Below, piece by piece: positions 1 to 10,959 of a stretch of DNA of 64,000 nt. The stretch's first letter is position 1. Each line of letters opens with the position of its first letter. The DNA comes from Octopus sinensis (lineage: Eukaryota), in NCBI RefSeq assembly GCF_006345805.1, contig NC_043024.1, positions 496,001 to 560,000 of the forward strand. The letters are read 5' to 3'. Both the position numbers and the translations under genes were made by a program. A model generated the notes under the pieces. It did no database searches. It was not told the DNA's origin and saw only the letters and a program-made list of their open reading frames with translations.

Positions 1-235
1 ACTGACCTCTACAACGGTGAGTTCCCTGTCCCACACAACAATATCAGATTTGTTATGTTTGCACTGAGTTTCTGTTTTTAAAGGTATGAATACATGCTGG
101 TCCTGACATGCCTTTGGTGTCAGAGCAAACCTTCCTGTAGATAGTCTTTGCAACTGTATCATGGCTCAGAGGCAAGTAGTATCTTGTAGATGTTTTGGGT
201 CAGCTGCTGATGATGTGGATGATGTCTCCCACACA
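1..235 (-). mobile_element. R4/Dong-clade (RLE) non-LTR retrotransposon fragment
   Basis: Minus strand reads HIISS..PKTSTRYYLPLSHDTVAKTIYRKVC (zinc-knuckle/RHD region), then KSDIVVWDRELTVVEV (PD-D/ExK endonuclease-like), with stops and frameshifts. Confidence 0.7.
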
Positions 236-722
236 TATATAGCGATATGTGCATGTATGTATGAATGAATGTATTCAGTTATATTTCTAGATTCCTCGTC
301 AATAGAGAAAGAGCCAGTGTCAAACCTAAGACCCGAATCTCCTTCATTGAAAATTTAAATAACATCAACAGAGTATTTTTGCATTTGCGTGTGTATGTGT
401 GCAATACTTTGACTCTGTGCTTGTGTAGAGTTATAGGTTTCATTTTATGTCTCTATTGTCTTGCTTATAGTTACATGTTTAGGCATGGACATATGTACTT
501 AAATGCTAAACCTTTGGAAATGTTTACAAGAATTTGACAGTTCCATTAATGGCTTGTGTCTGTAATCTTATTAGCTTTCTCCCTTCTGGGAGATAATGTA
601 TAGCTTAAATATACAATGCAACACTTCTTCCAGGGGATTTGAACCTAAGATGAACCCCAGACTGGTCGTTCAATACTCAACATCTTTTCCATTCAGCCAT
701 CACATTTCCTTTTCTCTTCCAG

Positions 723-857
723 GTGAACTGGATCAAGAGCCATGGTTATCCGGGTATTATGGTGTACTCAATGAACTATGATGATTACTTGGGTGTTTGT
801 GATGGGGGCAAGACAAAGAACCCACTCCTGAAGATTATTAACAAGTTCCGGCTGTAA
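723..857 (+). CDS. Terminal coding exon of a GH18 chitinase / chitinase-like gene (upstream exons lie outside the window)
   Basis: Acceptor CACATTTCCTTTTCTCTTCCAG ends at 722. Phase 0 reads VNWIKSHGYPGIMVYSMNYDDYLGVCDGGKTKNPLLKIINKFRL*, matching the GH18 C-terminal pattern KxxWIKxxGxGGxMxWxxDxDDFxGxCxxxxxPLLxxI. Confidence 0.85.
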   Translation: MNWIKSHGYPGIMVYSMNYDDYLGVCDGGKTKNPLLKIINKFRL

Positions 858-2415
858 GGCTCACATCCCACGTCCCTGCCTGCCCACTTTCGTTTCCTAA
901 CCTCCCTCGCCCCCACCTGTTTTTATTATTCACATGGACCCTAATATTTTAAATGCTTGCAATAATCCTTCATTGTGCCTCTTTCCTCACCTCTCAATCT
1001 CTCAACTTTCTAGCCCTTAAGTTTACAAAGTCCAACCACACCCCTACTCTTTTCATCCTAACATTCGGTTTTACCCCCCACCAATCTTGATTGCGGATCT
1101 GCCCCTGGAGCCTAAAAAACATAGCCTTGCAGGATTTCATTATGTGTCTTTCAGTTGTAAGTTCAAATCCTACCCAATCCTTCTTTGTCTTTCATCCTTC
1201 TGGGGTGGGGGTCACTAAAATCAATAGCAACACAGTGGAACTCGGCCTGAAACCACATAGTTCAAAAGTAAACTTCAAAAGCCAGGGTATTCGAAGTTGT
1301 TATTTCCTAAGAAGTGAAGGATATGTTGTTTGAGTCTCATTAATACATCTCTCTCAAATATGGCACAGCTGTGTCGTAAGAGGTTTGCTTTGCAGCTACA
1401 TGGCTCTAAGTTCACTCCCACTGCATGGCATCTTCAACAGGTATCTTCAGCTATAGCCCTGGGCCATCCAGGGCCTTCTGAGTGGATGTAGTGAACAGAA
1501 GCCTTTTGTGTGTGTATCAATCAATGAGAGAGATGGAAGATGAAATGAGAATCTGTATAAATCCTTACAATCGTTTTGACCCATCTAGCACCAATCCCTT
1601 GCAGTGCGATTTATTAATTACTATGTATATATAATGTATGTATGTATGTATGTATGTGTTGTTGTCCAGTCCAGATCAGCACTTATCACACAAGTAAAGT
1701 GGTTGGCATAAGGAAAGGTGTCCAGCTGTGACAACCATGCTAAAACAGACAATGGAGCTTGGTGCAGTCCTCTGGCTTGTAAGCATGGAAGATGGACTTA
1801 AATGACGGTGATGAACACTGGGGTTGACGTAATTGACTTACTCTTGCCTCCAAAATTTCTTGCTTTGTGCCAAAATTTGAAACTAGTATTTTCCATAAGT
1901 TATTTTATATAAACATCATCATCCGCATCTTTTAAAAAGATGGCATGGATTGGAGAGTTTGACAGGTGCTGACCAAGCAGGAGCCTACACCAAGCTTCTG
2001 TATCTGTTTTGGAGGGGGCTGAGTGTTTTTTATGTGGCACTCGCACAAGTGAGGTCAGTTTTGGCATGGTTTTTTTTTACAGCTGGATGCCCTTCCAGAT
2101 GCCAACCATTTCACAGTGTGGACTGGATGCTTTTTAAGTGGTACCTGCAAGTAACTTTGCAAGAAAAGTCGAGAGGAGAGAACGTTTTTCTTTTTCACAT
2201 TACATTTTTGAAACAAATAAAGAAATTATCATTATTATTACTGCTGTTGTTTTTGAAACTAATTTTTCATTTCCACAGAACTGTTGTTTTCTTTGACTAT
2301 AGAGAAAAAATTCCCCCTCAGCCCTCCAAATTCTTAAATGTCTGTCAGAATAATTTGGTCGTTCTTGCCTTTTATCTTCTATTGCATCCATGCTAGGGCA
2401 CCATTTTGAAGGGTT

Positions 2416-3215
2416 TTAGGTGCTTCTAATAAACTGCCTGTTAGCAGTTTTCCTCACATCATACATTTTTAGTTCTACTAAGTCAAAATTCAAAAAAATC
2501 CTTGGTGTTGCCATAACATTGTCCAGGACATTTTCACTCCTTGCTGGACAGAGTACTATTTGCTCAATGAATAGCATATTTATATGGTCAAGCAGAGACT
2601 CTGCCTACCTTTGCTCATGTAGTAACACATTTGAAAGGAAACGGTCCTCAGGTTGAAATCTAGAAGAAATAAGTGCAGGAAGTCATCTAGGTTGGTTAAC
2701 ACCTCTTCCGTCTTTATGAAGCTCTCTTCAAAGGAGTCCCCATGGCTTAGAGCAGTGGTTCCCAAACTTGTTCGGGCTATTGCCCCTTGGCACCCAGGCC
2801 GCTACAAACATAGACCACTTTCTGTATCAATTTCAAAACAACTGTATTTCACAAATAAAACTTATTTTGCCATTTTTACATCCATCGACCCCTTTTGGCC
2901 ACCCCATTATTACCCCATTTTTCTTCAAAACCATCCTGGATCTTTCCACTACTCCCAGCAGGGTAGTACTACCCACTTTTGGACCCACTGATTTAGGGCA
3001 TCTAGTGGCCAATGTGTATTGCATATTACCATTTGATGATCTGTTTAATGTGTGTTGTCAGTGTGTCACAAACTGAGTTTGAGTGTGACAAGATTCCAGC
3101 CACGACATCTCACTATGAGTTCATTCTCTCCTACCAGTTTGAAATACAACCTCCTTCAATTATGCATTCAACATCTGCCTTGTCAGTGGTCAGATGTGTT
3201 TCTGTTAGGGCCATG
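2416..3215 (-). mobile_element. Decayed CR1/L2-type LINE APE endonuclease fragment, split by a hAT MITE
   Basis: Minus strand gives CMALTETHL..., ...LFLLDFNL (GDFN motif) and LFIEQIVLCPARSENVLD (PTRxxNxLD motif), with frameshifts. Confidence 0.75.
2753..2990. mobile_element. hAT (Charlie/Tip100-like) MITE
   Basis: TIRs CAGTGGTTCCCAAA and TTTTGGACCCACTG; degenerate 8-bp TSD GCTTAGAG/ATTTAGGG (resembles the nnCTAGAn target); internal palindrome GGGTAGTACTACCC at 2961-2974. Confidence 0.75.
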
Positions 3216-4029
3216 CATATTGCTTGATTACATGTGCATTCGGTGGCAAGCTGGCAGAATTGTTAGCATGGTGGGTGAAATGTTTTACAGTGTTTTGTCT
3301 GTCTTAAATTCAACAGAGTTCGACTTTGCCTATTGTCTTTTCAGGGTCAGTAAAATAAGTACCTGTTGAGCAGTGGGGTCAATGTAATTGACTTCACAAC
3401 TCCTGGATAACAGTATAGAAGATTGCATCCCTCTGCTAAGCCATTTCAAAGCTGTGTGGCACGGTAGGCTCATCAAGCTAGTTTGATCTCAAGCTATTCT
3501 CTGATGGAGAGAACATGCTGAGGCCTTTGTCCTGCAACAGACTAAACTTATTTCTTTACTGCCCACTAGGGGCTACACACAGAGGAGTCAAACAAGGACA
3601 GACAAACGGATTAAGCCGATTATATCGACCCCAGTGTGTAACTGGTATTTATTTAATCGACCCCAAAAGGATGAAAGACAAAGTCGACCTCGACGGAATT
3701 TGAACTCAGAACATACAGATGGACAAAATACCGCTAAGCATTTCGCCTGGCGTGCTAACGTTTCTGCCAGCAATCCAGTCCAATCCAATATGTAACTAAG
3801 ACTCTCAGGTATGGAGATTTGGGGCTGGTAAGATGTTACAAGGTGCCTGGCATTTAGAAGGAACACTTGTGTGATGTGTAGAGTGTCTGAAGTGGTTGCT
3901 GGTCTGACATTTGTGGAAGTGTCAGGAATGGACATTTGGGACAAACTTATGAAAATGCTTTGGACAAGCAAAGGGTGAAATAATCTGCTGGAACAAGGCT
4001 AACTTGGTGGGCCTATAATCAAAAATTAA

Positions 4030-4189
4030 TGCCCACTTAAACATGGATGTTCTGTTAAAACAAACTATACTGTTAGAACTATATCTCCCCACTAGCAATA
4101 TAAACACCAAAAGCCAACATGAGAGTTTCTCTCGTGGTATCTACTGCAGTATAGTCTGTTCTAACAGAACATCCACATTTAAGTGGGCA
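4030..4189. mobile_element. 160-bp MITE with ~43-bp TIRs and TAA TSD (PIF/Harbinger-like)
   Basis: Left arm TGCCCACTTAAACATGGATGTTCTGTTAAAACAAACTATACTG (4030-4072) is inverted at 4147-4189 with few mismatches; TAA flanks at 4027-4029 and 4190-4192. Confidence 0.65.
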
Positions 4190-6219
4190 TAAATATTATC
4201 TCTTGGTATTAATACTGCCTCTATCACTAATAAATATTTTATAATCAAAGATGTCTCTGAGCATTGTACATGTCCCTTCTTGTTTAATCCTCTTCCTGTT
4301 CCATGTAACTTGGGTTTTATGAAAGAAAAGCTTTATATTATTCAGAAAGTATGAAACAAGGACCAGTTAAAAGTCTGCAAACAAGCATGAGTGTTTAGAA
4401 GAAACTTATGAAAATGCTTTGGGTTACATTGTTATAGTCAGGCTTGATTCAAAAGATCTGTGATAAAAAAATGTTCCATCAGTTATTAACTCTAATTTAA
4501 TTCAGACATTGTGTATCTAAGATTACATTATCCAATGTGCCATTTTCTAGTAAATGTTTCACCTCAGATCATCGAAGACCCAAGAGATCAATAATCAAAG
4601 ATATTTCAGTAGTAACCTGATTGTTATTCAGACATTTAAGGGACACTTTGTTGGTTACAACAACAAGAGTTCTCATCGATCCAATCAAAGAAACAAACTG
4701 CTCATGAAATTCTGGTGCAAATAGCTGAGCATTCCACAGACACATATACCTTTAATATAGTTCTCAGGGAGATTCAACACGACCCAGAATGTGACAAGGC
4801 TGACCCTTTGAAATACAAGTATTACTCATTTTTGACAGCTAAATATCTCTAGGACTACATTATCTGAAACGTCTTTCCTTGTTGTTCTGCTCTGAGTCAG
4901 AGTTGATCAATTACGCCTAAAATCAAAAACACTTCTATAGGGACCATTCCATTTGTTATCCAAATATAATGGATCTAGGACCACATCGTTGGACATATCT
5001 TTCCTTGTTGTTCTTCCCTGACATAATGTATCTAGGACTGCATTGTCTTACATGTTGTAGCAAGTCAGGAAAGCTATTTTTGTTATCACATTGTAGCATA
5101 GCTGTGATATGGCAGCTTCAGTCAATCAGGGCTTGGCGTGTATTAATACCAAAAGCAGTTCTCTGGCCAAGAAGAGAAGCAGGTGTTTTAATCAGTTAGT
5201 GGAAAGACAGCATACAAGCAACATCACTTCTTCAGTATGAGAACAACCTCTTTGTTTTACACATCAACTTTGCATCACTAACTCCGATCACACCATGAGC
5301 AGCCTATTTCATTTATGCCAACTTTTCTATGCAAACTTATGAATGCCATCAGCCCACAACTCTGCCATATAATGAACTGTATATTTTCATTTACACCAGC
5401 TCAGTTTCTGTTAGCTTATAACGACTTCCAACTGTTCAAACATAAGTTATAAAGCTTTCTCTGACTCATGCACATACACCTGCTATGTTCATATTACTTG
5501 TCAGCTCTTGTTATCATCAACATCGTTTAACGTCCACTTTCCATGCTGGCATGGGTTGGACAGTTTGACTGAGGTCTGGAAAGCCAGTGGCTGCACCAGG
5601 CTCCAATCTGGTCTGGCAATGTTTCTACAGCTGCACGCCCTTCTTAACCCCAACCACTCTGAGAGTGTAGTGGGTGCTTTTTACATGCCATGGGCACAGG
5701 AGCCAGTCAAGCAGGCCAGGCATCTTATAATAAATTAAAATACTTTGTATAAAAATGCCTTCTGATATTCCATTACACACGCTTCTCAAAAGCTTGCTCA
5801 CAGGACCTCTCTATGAACACTTTCACTAAAATGGTGATCCTTTTACCAATATTCCCTCTCTATGTCTTTCATTATTGTTATTTTGCCCCCGTGTTTGCCC
5901 TGGCCCCACAAACAATCAAAAACTTGTAGCTACCACCATCCCATCTTTAATCCAGACATATCTAGGAAAACACTATTCAATGTGTCTCCTTTACTGCTGT
6001 TTCGCTTTAAACCATGTGGACCAGTGGAACTCAACTGTGGTCCGCATGGCCCTTCGGGGTCCATATAAGAGTTTGTTGTTAAAATTTATGCGCAACAAAT
6101 TGGAAGAAGTTGGTCTAGTCCAGTTTTAGGCAACCTGCTGGACTTTCTGAATGGCACGTCTAACAAAACAAAATCACCTTCGATCTTTTTTTAGTAGTGC
6201 GGCCCGCTGATGATGAGCT

Positions 6220-6461
6220 GGTACTATTGGAGAACAGTGGTCCCGGTGCGCGCACTCGCGCTAGCTAGTCGTGACTAGTCGATCCTACAACGGCTACCTA
6301 GCAAAGTAAATAAAACACAAAATAAATAATTTTTGTTAAACAAAGTAAATAATTTATTAAACAAAATAACACAAAAACACAAAGTAAGGATCGACTAGTC
6401 ATGACTAGCTAGCGCGGATGCGCGAGTGCGCGCACCGGGACCCCTGTTCTCAAGTAGTACC
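6220..6461. repeat. CpG-rich inverted repeat (~67/75-bp arms, A-rich spacer), probably the internal part of a non-autonomous DNA transposon
   Basis: 6220-6286 GGTACTATTGGAGAACAGTGGTCCCGGTGCGCGCACTCGCGCTAGCTAGTCGTGACTAGTCGATCCT is the reverse complement of 6387-6461 apart from a few substitutions and one short indel. Confidence 0.85.
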
Positions 6462-6595
6462 TTATGAGCCATGTCTCATGCGGCCGACTTCTCGAAAGAA
6501 GCTGCCCAGTCTCTAATAAACCAGTAAATAAGCAACAATTTCCCATTTTTCTCTCTCAATCAATGACTTCCATTTCAAGGGGAGTGATGACGAGA

Positions 6596-6610
6596 AGCGC
6601 CCTCTGCTGC
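6596..6610 (-). promoter_or_regulatory. CTCF-like motif in the CpG-enriched unique region upstream of MIOS
   Basis: Minus strand GCAGCAGAGGGCGCT versus the CTCF core CCASYAGRKGGCRS. Confidence 0.45.
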
Positions 6611-7249
6611 TAGATATTCACCGGTGTAAGACGAAGTTATGTCCTCAACAGCCATTTGTCCTACTTGGATGATCCACTTCGTACGTGGTGTTGCTCTAAA
6701 GAAAACACAACAGAAAAGTCAAATTAATCAGGACAGTTATATTAATACGATGAACCAATTCTTGTTGATCTTGCTAGGATGAAATGTTCCGTTTTAGACG
6801 ACTTCATTACTGACAACATGTAAAGAAATGTAGAATGTTGGTTCCCAAAGCTTGAGACAAGCGGAATCATCCGTTCTGTAATGGAATTTCAACGAATATA
6901 AAAGAAACACTGTTTCAGCCCAGAGCTTCTTTCGTTTTGTCATGCGACTTGTTGTTGGACACGTGCGAGTCCAAAGAGTGATTTGACGGACGGATAATTC
7001 GTTGTTATCATTTATGTTGTTATTGTTGTTCCATTTGTTATAATTTTGGGAGGTTGAGTAGGTTTGGCTCTGACCCTGGAAACATTGTAATTTCCTGGTT
7101 CCAAATGAGTCGGGTTTATAACAGCGAAAAGAAATACGAGGACAAGAGTTGTAATTGACTGCCACACTTGATTTAAACGCCTAAACAAAAGTACAGCAAA
7201 AGATGGTTCATCTTGAATGATTCTGTCAGAGAATATGTTGGTTTCTCAG

Positions 7250-7449
7250 GCAGTTGGAACTTGGTGAAGTGTACTTGACGGAAGAGAACAGCTCTTGGCC
7301 AGATCTCTGCTGAAGAACTCTTCCTCTCTCCATACCGAGATCGAATTCGACCCTGCCTTGCCACACAGCTCTTGGCCCGCGTTAAGCCAGAAAGATTCGA
7401 CCATCACGGCCGAATGATAAACATACTTCTTCTGCCACATAATTAAGGG
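7250..7449 (+). other. MIOS: Candidate non-coding 5' exon of MIOS (5' boundary unknown)
   Basis: Strong donor GGG|GTGAGT at 7449/7450 in non-repetitive, CpG-retaining DNA. The first coding exon has an acceptor at 12960 and so needs an upstream exon. An in-frame stop at 7418-7420 would make this exon UTR. Confidence 0.4.
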
Positions 7450-7565
7450 GTGAGTAGTGTTTGCCTTCTTTACTTCGTTTCAGACACCTGCTTTCCCTTA
7501 ATTATATCTATTCGAAAAATGTATGCACTCAAAAAGATTAATTAGCATTCTTTTAATTGTATGGG

Positions 7566-7567
<2 letters not shown>

Positions 7568-7647
<80 letters not shown>

Positions 7648-7659
7648 CATACATATGTA

Positions 7660-7708
<49 letters not shown>
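7568..7708. repeat. Compound (TA)n/(CA)n microsatellite
   Basis: Seen directly; many similar arrays occur, e.g. 8359-8412, 21510-21552, 43980-44062, 55032-55113. Confidence 0.95.
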
Positions 7709-7710
<2 letters not shown>

Positions 7711-8355
7711 GTTGTGTGTTTATGCACATGTTTAATATGTATACTACATGTCTACACACACAATACATAGATACGGGTGCACGTGTGTGACATTTCGGTT
7801 GTGATTAACTTATTACTAATCCCGAATTAGTTCGAAGAATGCATATATTGTACATCGATCGGAGATGTTGAGTCCTTCTTAGTCAACTCTGATCGAGCAG
7901 ACATCTAATAAAAGACATCTGTAATCTTGACCATCCCATCTTTTTTAAGGATCACTTAGGACCACATCATCTAATGTGAACTTTACATTTTTTAAAGGAG
8001 GGAGATTTAGCTGTTATTTCTAGCGAGCCAAACGATCACCTAGTTTTCCTACTTAACTCGTGTAATAATAATGATTGTTGTCAATGTTGGCTTCTAATAA
8101 ATAAACAGCGCGAGATGGAATTCGAACCACATTGGAAAGCTTTGTTGTTGGTGGCATTCTGCGTTGTCACAGAAGCTCTGTGGATGAAGATGCGATTCTG
8201 TTTCGATCTATTGTCATCTACCTACCAATATATACGCCCAGTGATACTATTTGGACTTAGTACCGTTTATAGTATAGTGTGTCTGTCTGTCTGTCAGTAC
8301 GTTCAGCTTATTTTTCGTTGAGCGAAGAGCTTATACACACACACAAATCGTTATA

Positions 8356-8412
<57 letters not shown>

Positions 8413-8745
8413 GTGTGTGTATAACGTTATACGCATATGTGTATGTGTGTATAAAAGAAGGAATCGTGGGACAATATAGGCACTGATATACAAGAAAATG
8501 GGATACTTACGAATGCCTTTCCTCATAGATCTGTTCGCTCAGGGCTAACCTGGAGTTTACTCTGAAGAAAGACATTTCAGTCATGACCATCCCTCCTTTT
8601 TTGTGTACCCAGGTATACAGTGTTTGACCCCGTGTTATTTGAGAGAGATATTTGACTGCTATTTCTAACAGTTTGAGAAACCACGCAGAGGCTCCCTTAT
8701 TGCCTTGGTATGTATGAATGTGTGTGTGTGTGTGTGTGTGTGTGT

Positions 8746-9143
8746 AGGCGCAGACGTGGCTGTATGGTAAGAAGCTTGCTTTCCAGACACTTGGCTCCAG
8801 GTTCAGTCTCACTGCGTGGCACCTTGGGCAAGTGTTTTCTACTATAGTCTTGGGTCAACCAAAACCTTGTGAATGGATTTGGTAGACGGAAATTGAAAGA
8901 AGCCCGTCGTGTATGTATGTATGTATGTATATCTGTTTGTGTGTGTGTGTTTGTCTCCCACCACTGCTTGACAACCGATGTTGGTGTGCTTGCATCCCCC
9001 GTAACTTAGCAGTTTGGCAAATGACATAGATAGAATAAGTACCATGCTTAAAACATAAGTACTCGGGTCAATTCATTCGACTAAAAATTCAAGGTGTGAC
9101 CCCAGCATGGCCACAGCCTAATGACTGAAACAAGTAAAAGATA
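8746..9143 (+). mobile_element. tRNA-derived SINE, exemplar of the most abundant family in the window
   Basis: tRNA-like head GGCGCAGACGTGGCTGTATGGTAAG...GGTTCAGTCTCACTG, internal microsatellite, tail CCAGCATGGCCACAG...TGACTGAAACAAGTAAAAGA. Related copies lie near 21281-21710(-), 40910-41300(-), 42810-43180(+), 58420-58790(+) and 62620-62970(+). Confidence 0.8.
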
Positions 9144-9829
9144 TAGGTATATATATATATACACACACACACACATACATATATATATATAGCATGTAAG
9201 GTCTCTTTACCTTTCTCTGCCTCCCCCACGTGTGTGTGTGTATGGTACAAAAGTGAAAAAAAAAATGGAGTTAATCAGGGTGTATTACATATATGGCTGT
9301 GTTTCTCTGTCCTGTGATCTTGGGTGAATGTCTTCCGCTGTAGCTATGGGCTTTGTAAATGGATTTGGTCAACAGAGTGAATAGAAGCCTCTCAAGACCT
9401 TCAGACTAGTGACTGAGACCTTTGGAAATATGCTGTGCTTGAGAAGACCCGGCAAGCCAAGTGAGACCATAACCCGTGGCCTGTGCCAGGGGTGTAACCA
9501 GCCCACTTATGCGTACCTTTCCTTTATTGGACACTAAACTCTGCTTGCAAAGACCTGTTGAGGCAAGTGAAATCAAAATCAAATTCGATGGCAGCACCAC
9601 ATGACTGGCATCCATGCTAGTGGAGCGCTAAGAGCACCATCCAAGCATGATTGTTGCCAGAGCTGCTGATTGATCCCTGTGCTGGTGGCACGTAAAAAGC
9701 ACCATTCAAGCGTGATCATTACCACTGTTGCCTTGCTGGCACTTGTGCAGTTTTGTTCTGTCTGCCCATCCGTACCGTAGTACAAAAGGTAAAAATAAAA
9801 AAAAGTGGACTGGATGCTTTTTAAGTGGC

Positions 9830-10255
9830 AGCATTTTATCTGATCAAATTCATCCTATGGCTGAGGAATTGTTTCCGGAAAGAAATGCAATCTTTCAGGA
9901 TGATAATGCACCAATTCACACAGCTAAAGTTGTTATTGAATGGCATGAGGAACATTCTAGTGAAGTTGAACATCTTATCTGGCCATCACGGTCCCCAGAT
10001 CTCAATATTATTGAACATTTATGGTGCATTTTAGACAAGTAAGGAGTCTATATCATCCACCATCATTACTACAAGAACTGGAGACTGTTTTAGCTGAAGA
10101 ATGGACAAAAATTCTTTTAGAAACAATTCAAACTTTGTACAAGTCCATACCTTGTAGAATTCAAGCTGTAATTACTGCCAAAGGCAGTCCTACCCCATTT
10201 AAAAATAAATATGTTTGAAATTTTAAAGTGTTTCCATTATTTTGTCCAACCCCTA
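9830..10255 (+). mobile_element. Tc1 transposon 3' fragment with TIR
   Basis: Encodes IFQDDNAPIHTAK...WPSRSPDLNIIEHLW (DDE C-terminus); ends in [30 protein letters not shown] followed by TA. Confidence 0.85.
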
Positions 10256-10959
10256 TAAGTGTGTATATATGTATACTGATATATATAATTTGTATGTATA
10301 TGTGAAGGCACATACATATATTTTTATGTGTATGTCTATGCATGTATATGCATATATGTGTGTATATATATGTATGCTTAACTGTACATACATATGCACG
10401 CATGTGTATGTGTGTGTCAAGTTATATTCATATGTACGTTTAGACATCAACACTTTACAAAAACCATTGAGAATCGATATCCTTCCTTGAGACGCTTTGG
10501 TGCAAACACACTAATTCAAAATCTCATTGACCAATGGGCACTGATTGACCAATACGGCTCTGTTGTAATTTCTTTTTCAGGGGTGATGGGTATGAAGAAT
10601 GCATATGTCTGTGTATGTATATGAGTGTGCATACATATTTATGTATGTCTGTATGTGTGTATATATGTATATACTTGTGTGTGCATGTATATGTATATGC
10701 GTGTATCTGTGTATGTATGTGAGCGTATGTATATACATGTATATGTAAATACAGATATATATATTTTTATAATTTTACTTATACCTTATGAATGAACTTT
10801 TATTCTTTTTATTAACCGTAAACTTACCTTATTTCTATTCCTCTTTCCCCAATCATCCCTATTTTTACTTTATTGTTCTAGTTCTATTTATTTATTTCAT
10901 TTTATCTCTAATCATATTCTAATCAACCTATAAACCCTTCACCCGAACATATCATCATC

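Noticed and set aside
2416-3040. Apparent minus-strand gene with a 65-nt intron and a MITE that could splice out in frame (introner-like: CA|GTGGGT ... CTCTAAG|C)
   Set aside because: The surrounding peptide is a decayed LINE endonuclease (TETHL, DFN and R..N.LD motifs). The apparent introns are frameshifts and an ordinary insertion, and the acceptor lacks a pyrimidine tract.
7177-7446. Plus-strand frame KRWFILND...KCT*RKRTALGQI as a PH-like or selenoprotein ORF
   Set aside because: No start codon, no recognisable selenoprotein context or SECIS seen; it is the in-register antisense of another unassigned frame.
7498-7790. YI/CV/HT-repeat ORFs here and at many similar sites (e.g. 10161-10624, 25285, 53640, 30102-30416, 30806-31439)
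   Set aside because: Translations of microsatellites and low-complexity tracts.
8115-8321. ORF MEFEPHWKALLLVAFCVVTEA... with a signal-peptide-like start
   Set aside because: 68 aa, runs into simple repeats, with no homolog recognised and no strong donor.
8746-8830. tRNA-like heads as possible tRNA genes
   Set aside because: They are SINE heads without a complete cloverleaf and are attached to SINE bodies.
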